DNA of 64,000 nucleotides from Candidatus Micrarchaeota archaeon (GCA_021790305.1 JAJYED010000001.1:11844-75843), one strand, 5' to 3'. Positions 1-9,268 are shown, counted from the stretch's first letter. A program made the numbers and translations. Notes: generated by a model not told the origin, from the sequence alone.

Positions 1-291
1 TTGATAATAAGGGACACAAATGGGCTGGTAAGCAGACATACGGGCGTGCGCAAGCCATACAATCAGAAAGGAATGCTGGTAGAATTCAGAGCGAGAGTCG
101 GTGTAGAGCCTGCAGAGCAGGATGCGGAAGAGACATGGAAAAAGGTATATGCCCCTACTGAAAGAAAGAAGAGGGAGATAAACGAGTTCCTTGCCATAAT
201 AGAAAAAACAATACATAATTACAACAACGAAGTTTCCAAGAAGCAGCATCAGCAGAACGAGAACGGTCTGTCAGGCCTTGTACGAGAGTAA
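1..291 (+). CDS. 3' end of an unidentified protein (partial, runs off window start)
   Basis: Frame open from position 1 to the stop at 289-291. The C-terminal segment is charged. No motif recognised. Confidence 0.3.
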   Translation: MIIRDTNGLVSRHTGVRKPYNQKGMLVEFRARVGVEPAEQDAEETWKKVYAPTERKKREINEFLAIIEKTIHNYNNEVSKKQHQQNENGLSGLVRE

Positions 292-361
292 TCGAACTTC
301 TTCATAACTGCAGCTTCTAAGATAAGTTTAAATATATTCCCAGTAATCTTGTTTAGGTTAT

Positions 362-1582
362 ATGGACGAAGTTGGGAACGACAATCAGGGAAATTATCAG
401 CAGTCTCCAGTTCAATCAATGCCTCAACAGGGTCAGGCATCTGTACCTCCTATCCATCATCATAAGCTGGCATTCATAATGGGCATACTGGTAGTGGTTG
501 TGGTAATTGCATTTATAGGTGCAATGCTATCAGTACAATCACAAAGCGCTTCATCAGGATCAAATGGAATAAGTGCTGCTCCAACAAGTACTGCTGCACC
601 AGTATCTCCTAAGACAATGCTGATAAATGATCTCGCAGCAGCAAAATCAGTAAACAACGTGCAGGTCTCATACCTTCTAAACATACCTACTCTTTCACAA
701 ACGAACATAACTCTAAATATGTATATGTTAGGAAAAAGTCTCAAATCTATAATCTCCCTTACGGTGCTTGGTGACCAGGTCACTGTTGCAAACTATAATG
801 AAAACAACACTAACGTCACCTGCACAGAATCTGCATTGGCTCCTCTATCCTGTTCACTCTCTAACGTTGCATCAACAAGCTTCAACGCGAGTTCTTATAC
901 TACTGTAAATCAGGCGGTAATAAATTCTCCGAAAGTGCAAACATCATATATCGGTAAATCCAGCGTATTAGGCAGGGCATGCAATGAATTCCAATTAACA
1001 GGCAGTCTGAGTGCATTATCATATGCTTCTACCTCTATAGCACCTGAGAACGGCACCTTCTCAACTTACATATGCGTAGACAACCAGACAGGCATACCTT
1101 TGAGCATGAACATATCCACTACGCGCTATTCGAAGCTTCTTGGGAAGAATCAAACTGCACTAATACTTTCACTGACTACAACGAACATTTCTACAGGCAG
1201 TGTGACTAATGCAGATATGGCAATTCCTGTAAAAGTTCTTATAAAAGGATACAACAGTCCTGGAAGTTTTGTGAGCTATGTTAATTGCACATCATCAAGT
1301 GTATCATTTACTGTAATGCCCACCGTAAATCTCGACAGTATCAATGTAAATGGAACAACATTCAGATACGTTACGCAGCAAAACGGCACATATACTCCTG
1401 AGAATACGGTGCTCTTCAGCGCAAACGAGACCGGCAACTATCAGGCGTTCTCGCAGTATCCGATGTCATTTGCTGTAAACAACGCATCGCAGATATCATC
1501 AGTTAATATATGCGCAGATGGATCATGTGATAACAACCTGTTCTGCCGCACTAACGGATCAGCAGTAATAAGTGCTGCTTAG
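362..1582 (+). CDS. Type II membrane-anchored surface protein, sequon-rich, function unknown
   Basis: Q-rich N-terminus, then a single hydrophobic helix (LAFIMGILVVVVVIAFIGAML). The remaining ~330 aa are S/T/N-rich with many N-x-S/T sequons. Confidence 0.55.
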   Translation: MDEVGNDNQGNYQQSPVQSMPQQGQASVPPIHHHKLAFIMGILVVVVVIAFIGAMLSVQSQSASSGSNGISAAPTSTAAPVSPKTMLINDLAAAKSVNNVQVSYLLNIPTLSQTNITLNMYMLGKSLKSIISLTVLGDQVTVANYNENNTNVTCTESALAPLSCSLSNVASTSFNASSYTTVNQAVINSPKVQTSYIGKSSVLGRACNEFQLTGSLSALSYASTSIAPENGTFSTYICVDNQTGIPLSMNISTTRYSKLLGKNQTALILSLTTTNISTGSVTNADMAIPVKVLIKGYNSPGSFVSYVNCTSSSVSFTVMPTVNLDSINVNGTTFRYVTQQNGTYTPENTVLFSANETGNYQAFSQYPMSFAVNNASQISSVNICADGSCDNNLFCRTNGSAVISAA

Positions 1583-1722
1583 GCGTATGCCTTTCTGCTT
1601 CGTGAAAAGAGGCAGACCACGTACCTCTGCACCGCGATATCAGGGATAACTTTATTAATATTATCATTTAATTCATATTGCTTATTTTCCCGCAATACTG
1701 CAGCTTTGCAGGAGGGATTAAC

Positions 1723-2352
1723 ATGGCAGAAGATTTGGAGAAACTCACTAAGTTCATTGAGGAGAATAAAGGAAAGAGGAAGTTCAAGCAGACAGTGGAG
1801 CTTGCAATAAACTTCAAAGGGATAGACTTCTCAAAGCAGGACAACAAGATTAACCTAGAGGTAACTCTGCCTCATGGAAAAGGAAAGTCAATGAAGATAG
1901 CCGTATTCGCGAATGACAATACTGTTGCCAGCGAGGCGAAGCAGAATAACATGGAGGTAATAAACGGTAGTGAGATAGAGACCATAGCAAAGGATCCAAA
2001 GAGGCTCAATGGCCTTCTTGAATACGAGCTCATAGCACAACCTCAGCTCATGCCTACAATAGCAAAGAGCCTGGGACAGTTCCTCGGACCGAGGAACAAG
2101 ATGCCAAAGCCTCTCATAGGCTCTACCCTGAAGACTATGTCAAACGACCTTACAAAGAGGATTACGCTTAAGACTAAGGGAAAGAATATTCCGACGGTGC
2201 ACTGCGTGGTAGGCACAGAGGACATGAATGCCGGCGAGATATACGAGAACATAAAGGAGATAGTGAACAGCATAAACAGGAAGCTGGGAGGCAATCACAT
2301 AAGGTCCCTATACGTGAAGTTTACCATGAGCGAACCGTTGAGGTTCATATAA
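1723..2352 (+). CDS. rpl1: Ribosomal protein uL1
   Basis: MAEDLEKLTKFIEENKGKRKFKQTVELAINFKGIDF... is a typical archaeal L1 N-terminus. GGAGG sits 8 nt upstream of ATG 1723, so the track start at 1678 is probably too long. Followed by P0 and P1 as in the conserved cluster. Confidence 0.93.
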   Translation: MAEDLEKLTKFIEENKGKRKFKQTVELAINFKGIDFSKQDNKINLEVTLPHGKGKSMKIAVFANDNTVASEAKQNNMEVINGSEIETIAKDPKRLNGLLEYELIAQPQLMPTIAKSLGQFLGPRNKMPKPLIGSTLKTMSNDLTKRITLKTKGKNIPTVHCVVGTEDMNAGEIYENIKEIVNSINRKLGGNHIRSLYVKFTMSEPLRFI

Positions 2353-2361
2353 GGTGTTCAT

Positions 2362-3234
2362 ATGATGATCAAAGCCCAAAAGGTTGAATTTGTCGAGAAG
2401 CTCAAGAAAGAGATAAAGACATACAAGACCATAGGCATACTCCCTATACAGGAGGTTCCTGACAGGCTTACGCAGAAGGCAAAGAACCTGCTCAAGCCAG
2501 ACACAAAGATAATCGTGGCAAGGAAGAGGCTGATAATGAAGGTTCTTGAGTCAGACCCTCAGCTGAAGAGGCTGGGAGAGCATATAGACTCGAACTTCGC
2601 ACTGATAATGTCTAACAGGAGCCCGGAGGAGCTTAATGAGATAATAAGCTCAAACAGGATAAAGCTCAGCGCAAAACCAAACCAGATCTCCCCGGATGAC
2701 ATAAGCATAGAGGCAGGAGAGACGACAATAGCTCCTGGGCAGGCCGTTACTGACCTTAAGACTGCAGGCATAGACGTACAGATACAGAAGGGAAAGGTAG
2801 TGATCTCAAAGTCAAAGGTACTTGTAAAGAAGGGCACAAAGATAAGCGTGCCTATATCCAAAGCGCTTAAGATGCTTGACATAATGCCGTTCGAGGCAGG
2901 CACACAGGTGCGCGCCTTATTAAGCGAAGGCATACTATACCACGGGCTTGCGCTCAAGGTAAATGCTGAATTCCTGAGGGACGAGATATCGAGAAGCTTT
3001 GCACAGGCATGCGCGATAGCCTCAACAGCAGGGATAATAACAGAATACAATATAAAGGAGAGCATCTCAAAGGCATACATATCGGCTCTTGGCCTCGGCC
3101 TCGATGCAAAGGTATATGAGCCTGAGATAGCGGAAAGGCTTCTGGCACAGGCTGTAAGGGAAGCGATGTCGGTAAACGCGCTGCCAAAGGCGGCTCCTGA
3201 AGCAGCTGCTCCGGATACTGAGAAGAAAGAGTGA
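2362..3234 (+). CDS. rpl10: Ribosomal stalk protein uL10 (P0)
   Basis: N-terminal L10 domain (KVEFVEKLKKEIKTYKTIGILPIQEVPDRLTQKAKNLL) and an acidic/Ala-rich C-terminal tail. Synteny is L1-P0-P1. Confidence 0.92.
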   Translation: MMIKAQKVEFVEKLKKEIKTYKTIGILPIQEVPDRLTQKAKNLLKPDTKIIVARKRLIMKVLESDPQLKRLGEHIDSNFALIMSNRSPEELNEIISSNRIKLSAKPNQISPDDISIEAGETTIAPGQAVTDLKTAGIDVQIQKGKVVISKSKVLVKKGTKISVPISKALKMLDIMPFEAGTQVRALLSEGILYHGLALKVNAEFLRDEISRSFAQACAIASTAGIITEYNIKESISKAYISALGLGLDAKVYEPEIAERLLAQAVREAMSVNALPKAAPEAAAPDTEKKE

Positions 3235-3260
3235 TACTAACTAGATAAAGGTGTAAAAGA

Positions 3261-3560
3261 ATGGAATACATATACGCTGCGTTATTGCTTGATGCGGCAG
3301 GAAAGGAGATAGACGAAAAGAGCTTAGAGGAAGTAGTGAAGGCAGCAGGACTCAGCCCTGACGAAGCCATGGCAAAGTCAGTCGCAAAGTCGCTGAAGGG
3401 AGTGAACATAAAGGATGTTATAAAGAACGCGCAGAGCGTTCAGGCAGCAGCTCCAGCAGCTGCAGCAGCTCCGGCAGCGGCAAAGAAGGAGGAGAAACCT
3501 GCAGAAGAGCACATGAGCGAAGAGCAGGCAGCAGGAGGACTCGCAAGTCTGTTTGGCTGA
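3261..3560 (+). CDS. rpl12: Ribosomal stalk protein P1 (archaeal L12)
   Basis: MEYIYAALLL...AAAPAAAAAPAAAKKEEKPAEE...GLASLFG. Canonical P1 architecture with an Ala/Pro hinge and a conserved GLxxLFG end. Confidence 0.93.
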   Translation: MEYIYAALLLDAAGKEIDEKSLEEVVKAAGLSPDEAMAKSVAKSLKGVNIKDVIKNAQSVQAAAPAAAAAPAAAKKEEKPAEEHMSEEQAAGGLASLFG

Positions 3561-3662
3561 TTGCAGTTTAATCTGCTATCAGGCAATATACCTGCGGAGC
3601 TCTTGTAAGCGCATACACTATTTAAGTGTTTTCAGCAAATATCTAACTATCGGTGTGTCTAA

Positions 3663-4019
3663 ATGCAAGTATACGTAGAAAAACCAAAATGTACCGGATG
3701 CCACCACTGCTTTGACGTGTGCCCGGTTGCAGTATTCGAGATGAAGGACAGGAAAAGTCCTGATGTTAACAGCGATGTCGCACCTGCAGAGGAGCAGTGG
3801 AAGGGCGAGACGCTCCCTGATGTAAAAGCGAAATGGGAGAATGTACAGGACGGTCACAAGCACTTCGCTCAGGCGAGCGACGGCACAAGCGGAGGAATAT
3901 CCGTTGCGGTGCAGGGTCCTTCATGCATTCTGTGCCAGGCATGCCTGGTAGAGTGCGAAGGAGAGTGCATAGTCATAACTGACGACACAAACAACGTCTA
4001 CAGGTCCATATACAAGTAA
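3663..4019 (+). CDS. Dicluster [4Fe-4S] ferredoxin-like protein with a long insert
   Basis: Two cluster motifs, CTGCHHCFDVCP and CILCQACLVECEGEC, separated by a ~65-aa charged insert. Confidence 0.65.
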   Translation: MQVYVEKPKCTGCHHCFDVCPVAVFEMKDRKSPDVNSDVAPAEEQWKGETLPDVKAKWENVQDGHKHFAQASDGTSGGISVAVQGPSCILCQACLVECEGECIVITDDTNNVYRSIYK

Positions 4020-4113
4020 ACCTTCAAGGAAGCTGTGGAAGCTGCCCTGATTACATGTCGGGTTGCTTCCGCGAGTTCCTTGCCATTCTTTTCCTTTATT
4101 TTATTCTTTTATT

Positions 4114-5043
4114 TTATTCTTTTATTTCTTTATTCTTCTTCCTCTTCTTTATCTCATTCTTATCCTTCTTGCTCTTACTCTTCTTCCCAATCCTTATATC
4201 AAGGACTACCTCAGACCTGTTCTTAGAGTAAGGCCTTACGACTCTCTTTCCGACAACCCTTGCAGTAAAGCCCATGTCCTTCGCACGCGCTCTTGCCATC
4301 TTCCCGCTCTCTGAGAAAGGATCAGAAGAATCTCCAAACGAGTAATAATGTATTACGCATCCGTTCCGTGCAGCAGTGATGGCGCTCCCAAGAAACCTCT
4401 CTGCGCTCATCGGCAGAGGCATTACTACCCTGTCTGCCCAATCTGCCATTCCTTCGACAACACTCTTCGCGTCTCCAAGAATCGGTTCAACATTTGCTGT
4501 CTTGTTTATCCTTATGTTTTCAAGCATATACCTGTAAGAATCCTTGTTCAGCTCCACGGCAATTATCTCCGAACCCTTGTTTTTCTTCGCAATCTCTATC
4601 GCAAAAGGCCCGATCCCTGCAAACATTACTACTACATGCTCTCTGTCCTTAGATAATTCAGTTATCCTCTTCCTCTCAAAGGATAATCTCGGGGAGAAGA
4701 AGGTCTTCCTTATGTCAAACCTAAATGCGCATCCATTCTCCTTGTAATCAGCTATGAAGTTCCTCTCTCCAGCGACAAATTCAAATTCCCTCTTCCTGTA
4801 CTTTCCCTTTACCGCTCCTGCCTTGCTCACAACTGTCTTCACATTCTTATTTACTCTCATCACAGCATCTGCTATTATCCTGCCCTTCCTTCCCTGCTCT
4901 CCGATAATGGCTATGCTTCCGAGGACATCATATCCTCTGACTGCAGAATCATACTCGTCTTTCAAGCCCTTCCTGAGCAGCTCCCTATAATTAGATTGTG
5001 TTTTATCCATGGATGCACGCTGCAGCTCCTGCAGGAGAATCAT
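4114..5043 (-). CDS. trm5: tRNA (guanine37-N1)-methyltransferase Trm5/Taw22 family, with a Lys-rich C-terminal tail
   Basis: Class I MTase core (VVVMFAGIGPFAIEIAKK, DRVVMPLP, GCVIHYY, VVLDIRI) is collinear with archaeal Trm5. About 24 extra K/E-rich residues follow the conserved end. Confidence 0.78.
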   Translation of the reverse strand: MILLQELQRASMDKTQSNYRELLRKGLKDEYDSAVRGYDVLGSIAIIGEQGRKGRIIADAVMRVNKNVKTVVSKAGAVKGKYRKREFEFVAGERNFIADYKENGCAFRFDIRKTFFSPRLSFERKRITELSKDREHVVVMFAGIGPFAIEIAKKNKGSEIIAVELNKDSYRYMLENIRINKTANVEPILGDAKSVVEGMADWADRVVMPLPMSAERFLGSAITAARNGCVIHYYSFGDSSDPFSESGKMARARAKDMGFTARVVGKRVVRPYSKNRSEVVLDIRIGKKSKSKKDKNEIKKRKKNKEIKE

Positions 5044-6302
5044 TGCTTGATTATTACCTTGTCTGACAGGTCTATTATCTTATCTACGCTGTATGTGATC
5101 GGATTTCCTAATCCTGTATTGATTATCATCTTGCCTCTCTTAAGATCCACTCCTGCTATCTTGCCTATCATGGCTCCGAGGTCATTGACGACTATCTTGC
5201 CCTTGAGACTCTTCTTCCTTATCAGGCGCCTTCTCATCACCCTGGATGCGCCTGATACTGCCACTCCTATCAGTATGGCCAATATTATATAGTCGACAAG
5301 CTGGCTGAAGTATATCTGGCCCATGAACCATTCCGTAAATGAGTAAAGCAGGGTCCACAGTATTATCGCTGAGCCTATGAATATCGCATACTTGAAGGTG
5401 CGGAAGTAATACCTGGCATCCCTTACGTCTATGAATCTGCCTATAAGATAGAGAATCAATATTATCGGCAATACTACCAGAAAGCCCTCTACCATATACG
5501 CTATTGACACCGCCTGATTTCCTGTTATCATCAGCTTTGTAGTATAATTGTTTGCAGCTATGAAGACTCCTGTAATCGCAAATAGTATGGCACTCATATA
5601 GAAGACAAAGGACATGCGGTCTATGCTGAATCCCAGGCCTTTGAAGGAGTTTATAAGAGCCTCTTCGAGCCCGAAGCCCTTTGCCAGCAGATATATCCCT
5701 ATGAGCGCAACAGGGAGTATCCATCCTGTGCCTAAGAAGTAACTAACTGCAAAAAGTATCAGAATCAATGCAGGAAGGCCGAACACAGTCCTTGCAAAGT
5801 GCGGCTCCTTAAGCTTCTCCATTATCGCATAGTATGTATTCTCAGCTCCTTCAGCCTGTTTTATGATAACCTGCTGAACGCTGCTTATCTTTACCCTTGA
5901 CTGTATTATCGGAAGAACCCGCTCGTCGCTCGGCCCGTCGGTTACCAGTATGCACTCATCGCTCTTGTACTTGTTCAATACAAGCTCAAGCTGCCTCGCC
6001 ACCTCCTTATCAGCTTCATATCCTTCCTTCTCAGAGCCTGTTACAGTTGCAACTTCTACGGAATAGCCTTCATCCCTCATCTTGTCATACAGATGCACTG
6101 CGTAGAACATTGTGTTTGAATCAGAATCTTCAGGATCGGCAAGCGCAAGCTGCGAAGCGCCGTTCAGGTTCTGTACCCTTCCCATAAGCGGCCCGCTTAT
6201 CCCTGTCTTCCTGTAAAGATCATTGTCTATGTCTATCGCTAGTATGAGTATGTTAGAATCCTTGCTCTTTATCTTAGGCTTAGTCAGTGGCATTATTCTC
6301 AA
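5040..6302 (-). CDS. DUF373-type archaeal integral membrane protein with a C-terminal PRC-barrel-like segment
   Basis: A ~165-aa soluble N-domain (ILAIDIDNDLYRKTGISGPL...), 6-7 hydrophobic helices, and a small beta-rich C-terminus. The family assignment is from memory of DUF373 and is not verified. Confidence 0.55.
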   Translation of the reverse strand: MRIMPLTKPKIKSKDSNILILAIDIDNDLYRKTGISGPLMGRVQNLNGASQLALADPEDSDSNTMFYAVHLYDKMRDEGYSVEVATVTGSEKEGYEADKEVARQLELVLNKYKSDECILVTDGPSDERVLPIIQSRVKISSVQQVIIKQAEGAENTYYAIMEKLKEPHFARTVFGLPALILILFAVSYFLGTGWILPVALIGIYLLAKGFGLEEALINSFKGLGFSIDRMSFVFYMSAILFAITGVFIAANNYTTKLMITGNQAVSIAYMVEGFLVVLPIILILYLIGRFIDVRDARYYFRTFKYAIFIGSAIILWTLLYSFTEWFMGQIYFSQLVDYIILAILIGVAVSGASRVMRRRLIRKKSLKGKIVVNDLGAMIGKIAGVDLKRGKMIINTGLGNPITYSVDKIIDLSDKVIIKQ

Positions 6303-6339
6303 TTAAATAAGCCGGAGAAGATTTAAAATCCCTTTACTC

Positions 6340-7908
6340 TCAGTCAGGCTTTGAGACCAGGAAGGTCTTAGGGTCATATTTGGCATTGTCGTTGACTATC
6401 TGCATTACCTTATCCCTGTTCTTGTAATAATTAGCTATAACCGAACCTGACTCGTTTACAGAGAGCACATCATTCGCAAGCATCCAGTTGAGTACCTTTG
6501 ACTTCTCCCCTATATCCTCTATGACCTCGTTCTTAGTGTACCCGCTATACAGCGATATGGTGTCAACGAGCCTTGTCAGCTCAGACACCTGCACAAAGGA
6601 ATCTCCCCTGAGGTTCCATCTATAAATGACATTGGCCTCCCCGCCCTTCTCTATCTCTCCGAATTCAAAGAGCCTTCTTATTCCCAGCCTTCTGTGCCTG
6701 AAGAGCGCTATTATGCCTCCTATGGCATTGAGCATTACCTTGGGTATCTCTATAGGCGGATTGGTCATTCTTATTATCGCATCCTCAGCGTTATCCGCGT
6801 GAAGCGTTCCATAGACGGAGTGTCCGGTATGCACTGCCTCGAAGAGCGTCTCTGCATCCTTCTTCGTCCTTATCTCCCCTACGATGACTATATCGGGACG
6901 CTGCCTCAATGCGTTTATCATGAGATTGTAAAGCACTATCTCTCCTTTTCCTTCAGGGTTAGCCTGTCTTGTAAGCATAGGCACCCATTGCACAAAGTCA
7001 GGTATGGTGAGCTCCTTTGTCTCCTCGATAGTTATCACCCTCCTGTTTGCAGGCACGAATATTGACATGGCGTTGAGGAAGCTCGTCTTTCCGCTTGCAG
7101 TTCCTCCGCTTACTATCAGGCTTATCTCATTCTGCACGCAGAGCCATATGAGCGATGCAATCTCAGGAGATATCTCCTTGCTCTTTATGAGCAGAGGCAT
7201 CGTCCAAGGGTTCTTTGAGAACTTTCTTATCGTGATCGTATTTCCCTTCTGTGATATGGGGAACAAGGTGGCATTAACTCTCGAACCATCAGGAAGCTCT
7301 GCATCCATGAGCGGGGCTATATTGTTTATCTGCCTTCCAACCAGCCTTCCTATATGCTCGGAGATGTCGTATATTGTAGCTTCGTCGAATATCCTGACAT
7401 TTGATTTGCACCAGCCGAACTTCTTGTGGAATATCCATATCGGCTCCTTTGCAGTGTTTACTGTAATCTCCTCAAGATGGTCGTCAGCGATGAATACCTC
7501 AAGGTCCCCCATGCCAAGCATCATGTTCTTTATGTAAGAGATAAGCGCATCCTTTATCGATTCCTCAGTGCCTGGGAGATACTTGTTTATTATAAGATTC
7601 GCAGCCTCTATGTACTTGTCCCTCATCTTTTCCATATACTCCGTATTCGTTACCTTTGACGTATCTATAGGCACAAGCGACAGCAGCTCCGGTTTTATCG
7701 ACATTAAGAGTATCCTTGTAGCATCTCCTATGCCAGGCATGCTGACCTCGTATATGGGTACGAACTCTCCCTTGTCTATTATGTTTATGTTTGCGGTCAT
7801 CCCCTGTACATTAAGCGTATACGATTCGTAAATCCCATTTGCATCAGGCTGAGGCCCTACCCTCTTGCTTATGTCTTCCTGATCCTCTTTCTTATCAACC
7901 AACAACAC
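6340..7908 (-). CDS. Type II/IV secretion-family hexameric ATPase (FlaI/PilB/VirB11 superfamily)
   Basis: Walker A GGTASGKTS, Walker B DIVIVGEIR, His box TGHSVYGTLHA, and an Asp box region ITIEETKEL. Its 522-aa length, with an N-terminal domain, matches archaeal FlaI/PilB-like enzymes. Confidence 0.85.
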   Translation of the reverse strand: MLLVDKKEDQEDISKRVGPQPDANGIYESYTLNVQGMTANINIIDKGEFVPIYEVSMPGIGDATRILLMSIKPELLSLVPIDTSKVTNTEYMEKMRDKYIEAANLIINKYLPGTEESIKDALISYIKNMMLGMGDLEVFIADDHLEEITVNTAKEPIWIFHKKFGWCKSNVRIFDEATIYDISEHIGRLVGRQINNIAPLMDAELPDGSRVNATLFPISQKGNTITIRKFSKNPWTMPLLIKSKEISPEIASLIWLCVQNEISLIVSGGTASGKTSFLNAMSIFVPANRRVITIEETKELTIPDFVQWVPMLTRQANPEGKGEIVLYNLMINALRQRPDIVIVGEIRTKKDAETLFEAVHTGHSVYGTLHADNAEDAIIRMTNPPIEIPKVMLNAIGGIIALFRHRRLGIRRLFEFGEIEKGGEANVIYRWNLRGDSFVQVSELTRLVDTISLYSGYTKNEVIEDIGEKSKVLNWMLANDVLSVNESGSVIANYYKNRDKVMQIVNDNAKYDPKTFLVSKPD

Positions 7909-7910
7909 AC

Positions 7911-9113
7911 CTACTTGCCAAGCTCCTCCACCTTCTTGGTAAGCTCTTCGGAGTGCGCAGTCATGGCAGCCATGAGCTCCTTTGCCTTTCTAGCCCTGGC
8001 TTCGAACTTCAGCATCGCCTCGTCCCTCTTCGCATCAGAAGCCTTCGGGGGTAATGCCCTTATGCCATCAAGTATGCCGCTCAGCTCCTTCTCCAGGGCC
8101 TTCTGCTCCTCCTTTATGGTGTCCAGGTCTGCCTGTACCTCCCCAACGCTGCTTGCAAGCGTCGCTCCCTTACCTACCTTGACCTTTATGTCGGCTATAT
8201 TCTTTTTTATGAAGCTGAAATCCGCTTCGGATGCCTTCGTTATTGCGTCTATCTCATTCCTATACCTTGTTATCTCATCGACGAAGTGCTCTGCCCTCTT
8301 TGCAGCACGCTGTCCACTAAGTCTTGAATCCTTGTAGTATTTGGAGCTCTGCTCCTGTACGCTCTGTATCTGCTGCGCCTGCAGCTTCGCAAGCTCCGAC
8401 AGTTCCTCTATCTTCAGCAGTATCTTGTCGGACTGCGCCTTCGACAGCTTCCTGTATTCATCTATGCTCTTCTCATTTGCCTTGTTGAATGCATTCAGTC
8501 CCTCCCTGAATATGCTTATCTCATTCCTTATGTCCTGGATCATCGCATTTGCTCCTGAGCTGTCTAGGCTGAATTTATTGACGCTTTCAGAGTATTTGTT
8601 TATATCGGATAGGCTTGCGTCTATGACTGCCTGGAGCTTCTCCAGCTCCGTCCTTCTAGCGTCTATCCTCTTGTATGCCTTCTCCACCCTTCTCTCTATA
8701 TCGGAGATTCGCTTTATAGAGTCATACATCTGCTTGTTCTTCGTCTTGAAGAGCTCCTCTATGCCCTTCATGGACTTTGAATATTCGTCTATCTGCTTTG
8801 TAACTCTGTTGAGCACCGCATCCTGTGCAGATACATCTGCGACAAGATCTGCCTTCTTCACTTCGTCAACTCTCTTCTGCGCCTCTATCACGTCAGCGCT
8901 CTTGGAAGTGCTGTCTGCAGGAGTGACGTACATCTTTCCAAGCTTGTAGGTTATCTTTACTATGTTGGCTTTTTCGAGGATCTTGACAAGATCCGTCATC
9001 GTGTCCTCTCCTATTCCCAAATTTGCTGAGAGGAGTGAAACCTCCGTCTCCCCATTTTTCTTAATATATGCGACAAGTCTGTCGACGCTCGTCTCTATAG
9101 ATTTATCAGCCAC
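7911..9113 (-). CDS. N-terminal winged-helix plus long coiled-coil protein, co-oriented with and 2 nt upstream of the ATPase
   Basis: The first ~65 aa look like a wHTH (VDRLVAYIKKNGETEVSLLSANLGIGEDTMTDLVKILEKANIVKITYK). The rest is E/K/A/L-rich heptad-like sequence. It stops 2 nt before the ATPase start. Confidence 0.6.
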   Translation of the reverse strand: MADKSIETSVDRLVAYIKKNGETEVSLLSANLGIGEDTMTDLVKILEKANIVKITYKLGKMYVTPADSTSKSADVIEAQKRVDEVKKADLVADVSAQDAVLNRVTKQIDEYSKSMKGIEELFKTKNKQMYDSIKRISDIERRVEKAYKRIDARRTELEKLQAVIDASLSDINKYSESVNKFSLDSSGANAMIQDIRNEISIFREGLNAFNKANEKSIDEYRKLSKAQSDKILLKIEELSELAKLQAQQIQSVQEQSSKYYKDSRLSGQRAAKRAEHFVDEITRYRNEIDAITKASEADFSFIKKNIADIKVKVGKGATLASSVGEVQADLDTIKEEQKALEKELSGILDGIRALPPKASDAKRDEAMLKFEARARKAKELMAAMTAHSEELTKKVEELGK

Positions 9114-9145
9114 TGATTACGCCCGATATGGTATGTTTGATTATG

Positions 9146-9154
9146 TTTATAAAA
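9146..9154 (-). promoter_or_regulatory. TATA-box-like element for the coiled-coil/ATPase operon
   Basis: TTTTATAAA read on the minus strand, ~33 nt upstream of the ATG at 9113. Spacing fits archaeal short-leader promoters. Confidence 0.35.
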
Positions 9155-9244
9155 TTAACCGTAAGAAAAGTGAAATTGCCATTTATCTTATAGCAAGCAC
9201 GCATTTCCTTTAATCTATATAACAAGATCCATAGTGCTGCATGT

Positions 9245-9268
9245 AAAGTATCACGTGCAAAGTATCAC
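9245..9268. promoter_or_regulatory. Direct repeat AAAGTATCAC x2 (14-bp spacing) in the divergent intergenic region
   Basis: Exact 10-mers at 9245-9254 and 9259-9268, lying between the two divergent promoters. Confidence 0.3.

Noticed and set aside
2043-3409. Antisense ORFs overlapping rpl1/rpl10 (2043-2294, 2559-3080, 2954-3409)
   Set aside because: These are shadow ORFs opposite strongly supported ribosomal protein genes. Their translations are low-complexity.
4035-4314. Two plus-strand ORFs in the polypyrimidine tract
   Set aside because: These are low-complexity translations (F/L/S/Y-rich) of the antisense of the Trm5 Lys-rich tail and its downstream repeat.
5040-9113. Archaellum or type IV pilus operon
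   Set aside because: Only the FlaI-family ATPase is present. There are no archaellin or pilin genes with class III signal peptides, no FlaJ/PilC/TadC-like platform that I can recognise, and no FlaG/F/H.
7915-9213. Plus-strand ORFs (7915-8337, 8341-8949, 8962-9213) antisense to the coiled-coil gene
   Set aside because: Their Ser/Leu/Phe-rich translations are typical of the antisense of an E/K/A-rich coiled-coil gene. The minus-strand ORF is continuous and tightly coupled to the ATPase.
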